Assembly: GCA_963822585.1 (NCBI GenBank)
Contig: CAWGIE010000010.1
Location: 64,001 to 128,000, forward strand
Source: an uncultured bacterium
GTDB taxonomy: Bacteria > Auribacterota > Erginobacteria > Erginobacterales > Erginobacteraceae
DNA: 64,000 nucleotides
Direction of reading: 5' to 3'
Below the pieces are notes generated by a model that saw nothing but the letters and a program-made list of their open reading frames with translations, had not been told where the DNA came from and did not search any database. The first letter of the stretch is position 1. Every line of letters starts with the position of its first letter. A program made the position numbers and the translations under genes. Shown piece by piece: positions 40,188 to 50,129 of the stretch.

Positions 40188-40925
40188 ACTTTTCGTTGGG
40201 GCCGTTTTCCCAGTTCGGTATATTGTCCTAACAACCAGTTAATGAGACCAAGATTATAGAAGAAAGGGGTAACACTTTACAAACGAGGTTTTCGGAAAAA
40301 ACCTTAAGGAGTGTTACCCATGAAGAAGGCCAAAAAGAAAAAAAGGAATGGTTGTTCCCCGCCCCCCCGGGGGGCGCCGGCCCGTTTTCAACAGCTCAAA
40401 AAAAGCGGCCATCAGACCGAGAAAAACACTCGGACTGATGGCCTTTTCGCTGTTTCATCCGGGCTCGCTCCCGAGATTCCGCGGTGCTCGGCGACGTTGA
40501 CACGTCGTCTCCGCTCCTCGAAACTCGGTCGCTCTCCGCCGCCTTCCCCCCGCGAAAGCTCCGCGGAGTCTACCCCGATAAAATCGGGGTGCCGCCTGCG
40601 CTCGCATGAGAAAGCTGAGGTCTACCATCCGCAAGTATCTCGCCAGCTATGGTATACTCCGCCCGCTTCTACCGGCAAGGGATGCTGGGCGTCAAAGAAA
40701 TGGATTTGAAGACTGAACCAGTCATGGGCATAACCCGCCTGCCTCCGCGCCGCATAAGAAACCGCGCGGCGCAGCTGCTCTTCTGGTATAGTGCAAGTCT
40801 TTCGGTTGCCCCAGGTTATCGAACAGGACGTATATGATCTATGCCGTGATGAGGTTGAGAACAGTATCACCCGTGGAGAAGCGGGTTTCTTGAGAAAAAT
40901 CCATCTACAGGGCTGTAATGGTTAA

Positions 40926-43445
40926 ATGAAAACAGATAACTGGGAATATATCAAATACTGCGGTATGCGAATGTCGGGATTTCCCTTTGAACTGATAGAG
41001 CGTCTTAAGTTTTCCCGAACCGTTGAAAAAATGGAAACCCTTATTGAACTGGAAACCAAAATTCTGGCGGCCTCGGACGCAATCACAGAAAGCATTGATA
41101 AAAGAAAAAACGGTATTTCAAAAAAAGAGCTGAACCTCAACAACATACTCAAGAGCATTAATAAGAGAAAAAGGATCTCTCAAAAGGTGATTGAAAAGGC
41201 AGGAATGACCGAAGGGATAAATGATCTTAACGGCGCATTCCAATTATGGAATCGCGATATTGAGGCGTATCAGGAATGTTACAGTCTTACCAGAGGGATA
41301 TTTGAAGAGGAACTGACAGAGAAAAGGAGGGAACTATACCGTCTGGCAAAGGATGAGAAGATCCGCGAGGCCGTCTTTTTGTTCGCACCGGAGTTTTACC
41401 ACCGGCTGGAGCAATACAATAAGGAGGACTTTAAGAAGAAGTGGTCCTCAAAAATCAAACGTATCGAATTGAAACTTGCTTTGTATTTGCAGCGTCTCTG
41501 CGGCAAGAATGAGAACACGAGTTACTTTGGTGCGCTGGGATTCGGTGAGTTCGACAACAGGAATAGTGCCAACCTGAAATTCCAGGTTGATGAGTTTCAA
41601 CCGCTGGCGCGCCGGGATGTCTTTTTTTCCCACTGGTCAATTGACAAAATCGCATTTATCATCTCCATGGAACCCGAGATCAGAAAACAGATTGTATGTC
41701 GACTGGGGCCTGCCTGTCATATCAAATGGAAGCGGGCCCTGGTGGCCGGCCACGCGGGAATTTTTGAGATGACTGTTCAAACACATAAATTATCCAGCTT
41801 CCAATATTCCATTGTTAAGATGGGCACGAAGAGATTTACGATTGAAGAGATATTAAATGAATTTCCCGATCAGAAGGCGGATATTACTGATGCGGCGATA
41901 AGGAAACTCGCGCAAAAAGGAATCCTGATCGATACAATCAAAATACCGTCAGGTACCAAAGATCCCTTGACGGATTTGATTAAAGCGCTCAGGACGTTTA
42001 AACAGAATGTAAGAGTTGAATATTGGATTAATAGAGTAACTCGATTAAAGGAACTGTCGGATAAGTTCGCCGGAGCAGACCTGACGCGTAGAGTGGGTAT
42101 ATTCGAGGAGATTGAAAAAGAGTATAATGATATTACCGGACTGGAGCCGCGGAGACGTGGGGGCAATTTCTATTCGGATCGGTTTGTCATTTTTGAGAGT
42201 TGTGTAAGAAATATTAAAGAACTTGAAATAGGCGGGCGAATAATAGCGGATTTAGAGGATAAGCTCTCCTGGCTTCATGAGGTCTACTATCTGTCAAAGG
42301 TCTTGAATGCGGAATATGTAAATAAAATAATCAAAGGTTGGATAAGAAAAATACTGAAATGGAGATACCAGAAAAGCATGCCATTCATTCCGGCCTTGAA
42401 GAAGTACAAGGAGAAAGGGTTTGATTCGCCGCTTAAAGATGATTCCATTCAGAATATTTATAACTTTTTAATCGCGGAACTGAAAACGAATGGAGAAAAG
42501 GGGTTATCGGGCAAATGTTCGATCGGCAGCGAAACCCGGGAAAAAATAATCAATCACCTGAGGAGAGTAACGGATAAATGCAAGAAGGGGGCGTCTTTTC
42601 TCAGCCCTGATTTTTTCATCGCGGGAAACAGTATCGAGGAAATAAATAAGGGGAATTACAAAATAGTAATCGGAGAACATCATCCCGGTATCGGAATAAC
42701 GGGGTTGGTCGAACTTGGTGATGAAATAATAAATCTGATCGCTGATGAGTCGATACGGAAAATCAGGAAGAATTTTCATGGCGAAATCGAGGGAAAGGCA
42801 TTGGCGCATACGTGCGGGCTGCACCCCAACAAGACATTTATGTATGAAAGATTTCCCGGCGTATGCGATGTCTGCGTTACGGGAGAATCAACCTTGCCTC
42901 CCCGGCAGCAGATGGATCTGAACGACATACGGATAACATCGAAAGGTCGCGAGGTGTTCTTATACAGTAAAAAAATAAAGAAGAATCTGCGATTCATATT
43001 CGGAGAAATTTCCGCGCTTCTGCTTCCCTTTCTGCTGAACAAGGTTGTATTATTCAGACTTCAGGATGTCTCTCAAAAGCATTCTCCCCGGATCGAACTG
43101 GATAATATTATCTTGGAGAGGGAAAGATGGAACTTTCCGAGAAGTGCATGGGACAAGTTGTTTGACTTGGATGATTTTGATCTGTTTTTTCAGCTAAACC
43201 ACGGCTTAAGAAAGTTTAATATTCCTAAATACGTTTTTGTAAAGACCGACAAAGAAAGAAAGCCGATTATGGTCGACTTCGACAATTTATTTCTGATATT
43301 GAATCTTAAGAAAATGATTGCTGGTTCCGAATCATATACAATAACAGAAATGATTCCTGCGCCCGATCAATTATGGTTCAGAGACCGGGCTGGCAGATAT
43401 ACATGCGAGTTCAGATGTACAGCCTTTAGGAAGGCTGATGACTGA
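40926..43445 (+). CDS. Stand-alone LanB N-terminal-domain protein (PEARL, peptide aminoacyl-tRNA ligase-like)
   Basis: IREAV, YLQRLCGKNENTSYFG, SPDF, IGEHH, ERKPIMVDF, TEMIPAPDQLW..YTCEFR; no elimination domain. Confidence 0.85.
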   Translation: MKTDNWEYIKYCGMRMSGFPFELIERLKFSRTVEKMETLIELETKILAASDAITESIDKRKNGISKKELNLNNILKSINKRKRISQKVIEKAGMTEGINDLNGAFQLWNRDIEAYQECYSLTRGIFEEELTEKRRELYRLAKDEKIREAVFLFAPEFYHRLEQYNKEDFKKKWSSKIKRIELKLALYLQRLCGKNENTSYFGALGFGEFDNRNSANLKFQVDEFQPLARRDVFFSHWSIDKIAFIISMEPEIRKQIVCRLGPACHIKWKRALVAGHAGIFEMTVQTHKLSSFQYSIVKMGTKRFTIEEILNEFPDQKADITDAAIRKLAQKGILIDTIKIPSGTKDPLTDLIKALRTFKQNVRVEYWINRVTRLKELSDKFAGADLTRRVGIFEEIEKEYNDITGLEPRRRGGNFYSDRFVIFESCVRNIKELEIGGRIIADLEDKLSWLHEVYYLSKVLNAEYVNKIIKGWIRKILKWRYQKSMPFIPALKKYKEKGFDSPLKDDSIQNIYNFLIAELKTNGEKGLSGKCSIGSETREKIINHLRRVTDKCKKGASFLSPDFFIAGNSIEEINKGNYKIVIGEHHPGIGITGLVELGDEIINLIADESIRKIRKNFHGEIEGKALAHTCGLHPNKTFMYERFPGVCDVCVTGESTLPPRQQMDLNDIRITSKGREVFLYSKKIKKNLRFIFGEISALLLPFLLNKVVLFRLQDVSQKHSPRIELDNIILERERWNFPRSAWDKLFDLDDFDLFFQLNHGLRKFNIPKYVFVKTDKERKPIMVDFDNLFLILNLKKMIAGSESYTITEMIPAPDQLWFRDRAGRYTCEFRCTAFRKADD

Positions 43446-43594
43446 AGAATTCCCGCCGGATTTTCATCTCTTCATCCCGAAAATCGGGGGAGAGGAAGAC
43501 TTCATCTGGTTTGCCATTCACCAGAAGGACTTTAGCCGGATATATTTTTATTGATATGGATGAGCGGCGGTAGAGAGGATCGGCCGGAAGATAA

Positions 43595-43638
43595 ATAAAA
43601 ACCCCCGGACCGCGTTGTCGCGGTCCGGGGGTTTTTAT
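43595..43638. terminator. Bidirectional terminator between convergent genes
   Basis: ATAAAAACCCCCGGACCGCG-ttgt-CGCGGTCCGGGGGTTTTTAT. Confidence 0.85.
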
Positions 43639-43674
43639 CTTCCGGGCCCATGGACTCACTTGCGACATCTTTAT

Positions 43675-45777
43675 TTAACGAGGTTCATCCGGGTCTATTC
43701 TTTCAGCGATGCCGACCCTTACGGGATCTGTTGTATAATCATAAACAGTATAGTAATGGTCTATAAACATCGATCCTGCTAATAATTCATCGGCTGTGCT
43801 GGAATCTTTTGTCGCCTGCAATCCATGAAAAGCTAAGCGCCAGCCATCAGGAAATTCTTGAAAATATTCATGCGCGGTCAAAGTATAATTATTGGGATTG
43901 CCGTCTTGATCGACTAAAACGATCGTAAGATCGGGATAGTTATCCAGATCGGAGGCTTTTGTTACTTTTTGAGGTTTTTCTCCATTTGAAGTGATCAGAT
44001 TAATTATTTCGGAAATAATCTTAGGATCTCCTTTAAATCTCGAAGAACCGGTATCGAGAACAAAAGTAACATTCTTGGAAGGTAATTTGACTTGCGCGTC
44101 ACCGACCAGTATCTTGTCTAAATCAACGGCCCAAAAACAAAGGTTGTTATCGGCGGCGGACGCTTTTTCGTCCACCGAATAATATTTGAGGGTTTTGGGA
44201 TTATATCTGCTGCTATCCAAGCCGCCAAAAATCACCTCGCCCCTGTTAAATTCACGACTTGTCCAATAGGATACTAATTTCCTATCAATAAGCTTGTGAC
44301 TGATCAGCATATCCATCACGTGATCCGATGGATTACCCGCGCTATCGGAAGGAATTGACAAAGAACCATCTTGCACTAAATCGTCCCAATTTGTATTAAA
44401 TGTTCCATCTGGGTTTTTCCCGTCAATAAGCTTGGTGGCTTCCATAAATTTCATTCCGGGTAGACCGTATAATTTTCTGAGGCATTTATCTTGCTTGGGA
44501 TTACTAGCCCAGAAACACCAATTATCCTGGCTTACCTTGTAGGCAAACTCTCCCCACGGACCTAACTGGCTTAACTTTTCTTCTCGATCTATCCATTTAT
44601 GTGTCTTTGAATCCGAGAAATCATATCTACTATGATGTTTGCAGGGGACGGTATCGCATTCTTTTGAAGTTACCCAGGTACAGGCCGTTCCGGTATCAAA
44701 AATGAACTTAAACAGCTGCAAATCATCCCGGCCGGTATTACCGGAACAGTCGCCTATCGCCATTTCCACGTACCATGGGGTGGCTCCGTTATTTTTAGCA
44801 AGCCCCCTGTATACGGGAAGAACCAGCGTTCCGGCTTCTTCCGGCTCCATCGCGTTCTTCTTGCCTTCATCTTGCTGTTTGACTAGAGAGATATATGAAA
44901 GTCTGTTTGACGTATATTTGGTTAAAGAAAAGGTCTTAAAGCCGTATAAGTCCAATCTTCCTTCTTTTTCATGCAGCAATCCCGAGAGAGCCATTTGAGA
45001 ATGGTGGTTGTTCCCCTTAGAGTCTCTATTTGAAATGACCAAAGAAACAGCGCGAATTCCCGCCGGCGCGGGTAAAGGAGACGCCAGATCATAGTCATAA
45101 CAACCGTTAAAAGGAAATTCATCCCCTGCGATGCTGCAGATACCTTCAACGAACCCGTCTTTCGTAGCTTTTTCAATCACGAGAGTGATAAGCTCGTTCC
45201 CCCATGTTCCAATAATGGGGCTGACATCAGAGTATTCCTTAACCGGGGGCTTGGTGGTTTCCCATGACTGGTCATAATATCGCTTGAATGTCAGTGACTC
45301 GGGATAAAGCCCTTCCTCGGCATTTTCTCCCTCATGGACTGATGAGGTGCTCAATGCATTGATAAGCTCCATTTTCTCCTGATCTTTATCCACAAAATAT
45401 TTACCGGACATCGTTGATGTCCAGTGCGAACCGGTGCCGCCCTCTCCTCCCACATAACTACGCCAAGCAATTGCTAAAGCAACTGTTGTCCCCCGAGATT
45501 TTGAAGTTGGCTCGGGATCGTAGAAGCCAACTATTTTGTATACGCCGGTAGATCCGGTCGTAGAACTATAATAACCGGTTATTGCTCCTCCCTCCGCCTG
45601 AAGTCTCATGATAGAACCATAACTATTAGTCCACACGCCGTTGATAGGATCTTTATCTTGAGTAATAACAGCTTTGTCCTTTGCGGCCGTATCATTATCC
45701 GCGACCGCCTTCGGCATCAATACTAAAGCTCCCAAAAGAATTAAAACCAAAAAACCCGCGCCGTTAATTTTTTTCAG
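43675..45777 (-). CDS. Secreted avidin-like domain(s) fused to a pepsin-type aspartic protease
   Basis: GVWTNSYGS..GAITGYY (avidin-like); FDTGT and LDTGSS catalytic motifs, LAGSMF..YYTVYD..RVGIA; probable CTG start after AAGGAGGT. Confidence 0.8.
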   Translation of the reverse strand: MKKINGAGFLVLILLGALVLMPKAVADNDTAAKDKAVITQDKDPINGVWTNSYGSIMRLQAEGGAITGYYSSTTGSTGVYKIVGFYDPEPTSKSRGTTVALAIAWRSYVGGEGGTGSHWTSTMSGKYFVDKDQEKMELINALSTSSVHEGENAEEGLYPESLTFKRYYDQSWETTKPPVKEYSDVSPIIGTWGNELITLVIEKATKDGFVEGICSIAGDEFPFNGCYDYDLASPLPAPAGIRAVSLVISNRDSKGNNHHSQMALSGLLHEKEGRLDLYGFKTFSLTKYTSNRLSYISLVKQQDEGKKNAMEPEEAGTLVLPVYRGLAKNNGATPWYVEMAIGDCSGNTGRDDLQLFKFIFDTGTACTWVTSKECDTVPCKHHSRYDFSDSKTHKWIDREEKLSQLGPWGEFAYKVSQDNWCFWASNPKQDKCLRKLYGLPGMKFMEATKLIDGKNPDGTFNTNWDDLVQDGSLSIPSDSAGNPSDHVMDMLISHKLIDRKLVSYWTSREFNRGEVIFGGLDSSRYNPKTLKYYSVDEKASAADNNLCFWAVDLDKILVGDAQVKLPSKNVTFVLDTGSSRFKGDPKIISEIINLITSNGEKPQKVTKASDLDNYPDLTIVLVDQDGNPNNYTLTAHEYFQEFPDGWRLAFHGLQATKDSSTADELLAGSMFIDHYYTVYDYTTDPVRVGIAERIDPDEPR

Positions 45778-46167
45778 GGCGGACCTCCTTTTGCCAGGTT
45801 TTCAATAAAACCTGAGATATTGTCGAATGTTGTGGATGAGAATTTTTCAAGAGTATCCTTTCCAACATGGAAATTCGGTAACCGTCCGGCAAAACCATTC
45901 ACGACCTTAAATATATATATGGCGGAAAAAGGAATCAAGAGGCAAGAGCTTGATGGGATGAACCGCCGCTCCCGTGGGACACCCTGAAAAATGGCTTCGC
46001 CATCCGGGGGGAGGCCTGGCCGGGAAACCCCCTCACCCGGCCTCACTTCGTTCGGCCACCCTCTCCCCCGAAATCGGGGGAGAGGGAGACTGGCGGCGAT
46101 CCTTCCGGGTTGCGGAAAAATTTTCTTGCCGGGGGGGAGGAAACTTGTATAGTAAGCGCCACGATCC

Positions 46168-46240
46168 GCCTCCGTAGCTCAATTGGTAGAGCAGCGGACT
46201 CTTAATCCGTTTGTTGAAGGTTCGAGTCCTTCCGGAGGTA
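46168..46240 (+). tRNA. tRNA-Lys(CTT)
   Basis: GCCTCCG/CGGAGGT stem, anticodon loop ct CTT aa, GGTTCGAGTCC. Confidence 0.96.
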
Positions 46241-46297
46241 TTTTATTTCCCCTTGGGGAAATAAAATAATGCACAATTTTTGCGCAGCAAAAATTGT

Positions 46298-46370
46298 GGC
46301 CCCTTCGTCTAGTGGCCCAGGATGCCGGATTCTCAGTCCGGAGACAGGGGTTCGACTCCCCTAGGGGCTA
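46298..46370 (+). tRNA. tRNA-Glu(CTC)
   Basis: GGCCCCT/AGGGGCT stem, anticodon loop tt CTC ag, GGTTCGACTCC. Confidence 0.96.
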
Positions 46371-46430
46371 TTAAAAATGCCGCCCCCCCGAATTTATTCG
46401 GGGGGGCGGCATTTTTAATAATAGAGTCGG

Positions 46431-47933
46431 TTATAGCCCTGCCGCGGCGGGGACGGGGGATCGCTTTGACGACTCCACCTGCTGTTCCTTCGGGAAGGGG
46501 TGGAGGTAGATCTGCTGGAGAAATTTCGGGACGATGGCCTTGAAAGGCGTTTCCTCCTCGATATGCTCGGCCAACCCCCGCGAGGAGTCGGGCTGGCCGT
46601 GAACGATGAAGATCTCCCCGATCCGCTTGAACTTCTTCAGCCAGTCGACGATCTGCCGCCAGTCGGCGTGCCCGGAAAAGCTGCTCAGGTAGTACGACTT
46701 GGCCCGCACCGGGACCGTTTTGCTTCCGATCTTCACCGACTCCGCCCCGTCCAGGATCTGCCTTCCCAGCATCCCCTCCGGCTGGTAGCCGACGAAGATG
46801 ACGGCGCTGTTGGGGTCGGGGAGGTACTCGGCCAGATGGGTGCGGATGGAGCCGACGTTAGCCATCCCGCTGGGGGCGAGGATGACGGCGGGACCGTGTA
46901 GTTTCCCCGGGGGCGCGGACTCTTTCAAGCCGGGAAAGGAGAGGGGCGGCCTCCCCCGACGGCTCTCTTCCTGGGTCTCTTTATTCAGAAGAGAGATGTT
47001 TTTACGGTAGAGCGCGGTCATCTTGTTGGCGTAGACACTGTCGACATAGACGTCGAAGGACCGTTCGAATTCCCGGTTCCGGATCATCCGGCCGAGAAAA
47101 CAAAGAACATTCTGGGTCCGGGAGAGGACGTAGGAGGGGATCAGAACCTTGCCTCCCCGCTTGACAGTGTCATTGACGATCTGCCGAAATTTCGCCAGGT
47201 CGGCGGCATTGTCGGAATGCCGGCGGTTGCCGTAAGTCGACTCACAGATCAGGTAGTCGGTATCTTCCACGGTCTCCTGGGGGCGGAGAAGAGGGTCGGC
47301 GGGGTTGCCGATATCGCCGGTGAAGAGGAGGGAGTAGTCGTTGCCGCCGTTCTGGAAATCGAGGTCGATCATGGCCGAGCCGAGGATGTGGCCCGCTTCC
47401 AGGAAACGGAGCCGCAGCCCGTCCTGGAAGGTGTAGACCTGGTCGTATTTGCAGGGGACCAGGCTCCTGAGCGCCCTTTCGACGTCGTTCCGGCTAAAGA
47501 GCGGCGTGTCTTTGGAGAGGATCCAGTCGAGGAGCCGCAGCATCTCCCCGGCCACCTGGGCGGTCGCTTCGGTGCAGTAGACCTTGCCTCTGAAACCGTT
47601 CTTCACCAGGTAGGGCAGACGCCCGATATGGTCGCCGTGGGCGTGGGTTATAAAGATGTAGTCGATATCGCGGGGATCGAAGGGCACGAACCGGTTCCTC
47701 CGATCCACCTCCCGCTCCGGGTACCCCTCATCCTGGAAAAGGCCGGCATCAAGGAGAATGGTCTTGGAACCGGTGTAGAGCAGGTGACAGGACCCGAAGA
47801 TGGTGCCGTTGGCTCCGCAGAACTTGAGGTAGGGGCGGGTATCGGATGCAGTGCCGAAAGACGCGGGAGAGATCAGGATCGCGATCAGGAGAAACGATAT
47901 AATCGTCAGGGCACTTTTTCTCGCCAGTTTCAT
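46431..47933 (-). CDS. Metallo-beta-lactamase/beta-CASP nuclease
   Basis: THAHGDHIG, AGHILGS, FTGDIG, ESTYG, SGM, FSGHAD, VHG. Confidence 0.9.
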   Translation of the reverse strand: MKLARKSALTIISFLLIAILISPASFGTASDTRPYLKFCGANGTIFGSCHLLYTGSKTILLDAGLFQDEGYPEREVDRRNRFVPFDPRDIDYIFITHAHGDHIGRLPYLVKNGFRGKVYCTEATAQVAGEMLRLLDWILSKDTPLFSRNDVERALRSLVPCKYDQVYTFQDGLRLRFLEAGHILGSAMIDLDFQNGGNDYSLLFTGDIGNPADPLLRPQETVEDTDYLICESTYGNRRHSDNAADLAKFRQIVNDTVKRGGKVLIPSYVLSRTQNVLCFLGRMIRNREFERSFDVYVDSVYANKMTALYRKNISLLNKETQEESRRGRPPLSFPGLKESAPPGKLHGPAVILAPSGMANVGSIRTHLAEYLPDPNSAVIFVGYQPEGMLGRQILDGAESVKIGSKTVPVRAKSYYLSSFSGHADWRQIVDWLKKFKRIGEIFIVHGQPDSSRGLAEHIEEETPFKAIVPKFLQQIYLHPFPKEQQVESSKRSPVPAAAGL

Positions 47934-48448
47934 CGATGGATATCCCGATTAAAATTACTTTACTATATCATATCGCCGCCAGGAAACCAAGACACCAATT
48001 TACGTACACAGATGGATTCGACTCCGCTCACCACAAGTTTACACAGAAGGACACAGAGTGCGTTCCCCCACCTCACCCCCCTTTATAATAAACTACGAAT
48101 TGCGCGAATTACGCGAATTGATTTTTAAGGTTCTCTTCTATTTTATGTGGGTAATCATTTTGGATTTACCGAAGAGTGAATAAAAATAATGAGGGGTATC
48201 CGATATATATAAACAAATATTTCCTCTCCCCCTTCGGGGGAGAGGATTAAGGTGAGGGGGTTGATGTCAATACCCCTCACCCCAACCCTCTCCCCTAAAA
48301 GGGGAGAGGGAGAAAAGAATGAGATATAGTTGGATAGAGATCGCGCGGATAAATACTTACACACACGCAAAATGAAAGAGAAATCAATGCCGAGGAGCGC
48401 CGGCCGTTCTTGTTCTTGCTCAATCAAAGGGCTTGTGGGAGAATGCGG

Positions 48449-48961
48449 ATGAATAATATGAAGATGGATCCGGTCAAAAGAGCAGTCTGGGAAGAGATCG
48501 CCCGGGACCTCTCCGGCAGTCGGAAGAGCGCCGTCGCCCTCTGTTCCCCCGTTGATTTCCGACGCTTCCTGGCCGGTGTGCCTGGGATCCCTTTCCTGCT
48601 GGAAGATCTGGATCCGGGAAAGCCGGCACCCCGGGAAGAAGGTTCCCGCGACCTCTTCATCGGCTGGCACCTGGTGGGGGAAGAAGACGACCGGATCGCT
48701 CCGGAGACAATATACGGCCTGCTCAGAAAAGGAGGGGAGGCCCGGCTTTTCGGGTTTTATCTTCATCCCCGGCCCGACGACCTCCGGGAATGGGAAAGTC
48801 GGATCCGGCGGGGGGCCGAGCCGGCGGAGATACGGTCGCCGCTGCCGGGGGCGATCGGGATCGGCCGGATCAGCGGCTGGCTGAAGGATTCACCGTTCGT
48901 CCGGTACGTGATCCGAAAGAAAGGGCTCTATTACCAGGCGATTTTGAGTAAAGAAAGTTGA
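48449..48961 (+). CDS. Hypothetical protein (start uncertain)
   Basis: ORF with host-like codon usage heading the lolA-mla cluster. Confidence 0.55.
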   Translation: MNNMKMDPVKRAVWEEIARDLSGSRKSAVALCSPVDFRRFLAGVPGIPFLLEDLDPGKPAPREEGSRDLFIGWHLVGEEDDRIAPETIYGLLRKGGEARLFGFYLHPRPDDLREWESRIRRGAEPAEIRSPLPGAIGIGRISGWLKDSPFVRYVIRKKGLYYQAILSKES

Positions 48962-48983
48962 ACATCCCACGAAATGTATTTTT

Positions 48984-49081
48984 ACCACGAAGAACACGAA
49001 GGACACGAAGACGGCTTATAAGGGAGAAAAAAATATTCTTATTCATTAATAATCTTCGTGTTCTTCGTGCCCTTCGTGGTT
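48984..49081. repeat. Inverted (CACGAAGGA)n/(CTTCGTG..)n nonamer element
   Basis: Relatives at ~57913-58007 and ~59928-60017. Confidence 0.85.
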
Positions 49082-49118
49082 GTCTTTTAATATAGAATAT
49101 TCTTTGCCAGAAGGTTTG

Positions 49119-49820
49119 ATGATGAGTTTGGTAAAAGTCAATATATTGATTGCAATGGTTGTCTTCGCGAGTATGACACCCGCCGGCATGGCTGCTCCGG
49201 AAAAGACGGCGGACGTCAACCGGATCGTTTACAAGATGGAGTCGGTCCGGGATAAGATCGATGACCTGACGGCCACGGTGGAGATCCTCCCGACGGCGGA
49301 CCAGGCCGGGCAGTCCGAGACCGGCATGATCACCCTGAATTACAAGAAGCCGGATAAACTGAAGACCGAGGTCAAGGGCGGCCGCCAGGTCCTTATCAAC
49401 GGCGACCGGATGTGGATCTATTCCCCCGATCTGGGGGTCGTCGAAGCCTACCATCTGAAAGATGAAGAGCAGCAACAGGCGACTTTGTATGAAATGAGCT
49501 GGGGGCTGACGTCTCCGATCAAGGTGCTCCTGCGGGGAACGAACCGTTCGGCAAAACTCCAGGCGGACGGCTCCTATCTGATAACGGTGGTTCCGGACCA
49601 GAAGGACTCCGAGATCAGGGAAGTTCGGGCCGTGGTCGACCCCCGGACCTGGCTGATCAGCAGGATGGTTATCTCCCGGCAGGGCCGGCCCCCGGTGCAA
49701 CTGGAAATCAAGGACTGGCGGATTAACTCCGGGCTCCCCGACACGTTTTTCGATTTTACGCTGCCGGAAGGAGCGGAACTCTTTGATGCCCTGGAGACGC
49801 AAGGGGAGGTTCTGCAATAG
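49119..49820 (+). CDS. LolA-like lipoprotein carrier
   Basis: Signal peptide; YKKPDKLK, NGDRMWIYSP, NSGLPDTFFDFTLPEGA. Confidence 0.8.
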   Translation: MMSLVKVNILIAMVVFASMTPAGMAAPEKTADVNRIVYKMESVRDKIDDLTATVEILPTADQAGQSETGMITLNYKKPDKLKTEVKGGRQVLINGDRMWIYSPDLGVVEAYHLKDEEQQQATLYEMSWGLTSPIKVLLRGTNRSAKLQADGSYLITVVPDQKDSEIREVRAVVDPRTWLISRMVISRQGRPPVQLEIKDWRINSGLPDTFFDFTLPEGAELFDALETQGEVLQ

Positions 49821-49892
49821 ATCCGGCATGAATGTGCGCGCGGCAAATCTAATTGTTTGCTTCGGAATTTTCAAGGAAGAGAAAATCGGTAG

Positions 49893-50127
49893 TGTAGTAT
49901 CGTCCTTTCGCTTTGCTGCCCTTCGGCAAGCTCAGGGTCTGCGACAGGACTTGCAGGATCAGAATGCCTGCGGCATTCTTTGTAGGAAATTGTAGGATCG
50001 CTTCGCTTGCGGTTCGGCAAGCCTTGCCTCCGGCAAGGCGATACTGCATTTACTACAACTACTACAAGTCCTTCACGGAGTGAAGGACGATCCTACATAA
50101 ATTTGAGAGCGAAGCGAGCTAATTTAT
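49893..50127. repeat. ~230-bp nested-palindrome (MITE/REPIN-like) element; copy 2 at 51954-52177
   Basis: TGTAGTATCGTCCTT..AAGGACGATCCTACA terminal inverted repeats. Confidence 0.9.
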
Positions 50128-50129
50128 CT

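Noticed and set aside
40605..40837. Short ORFs as the PEARL precursor peptide
   Set aside because: They overlap repeat modules M/E and lack an acidic leader-like character.
46168..46370. tRNA-Lys/Glu as the island attachment site or PEARL substrate genes
   Set aside because: The island lies 5' of the tRNAs, I saw no duplicated tRNA 3' end or integrase, and proximity alone is weak evidence.
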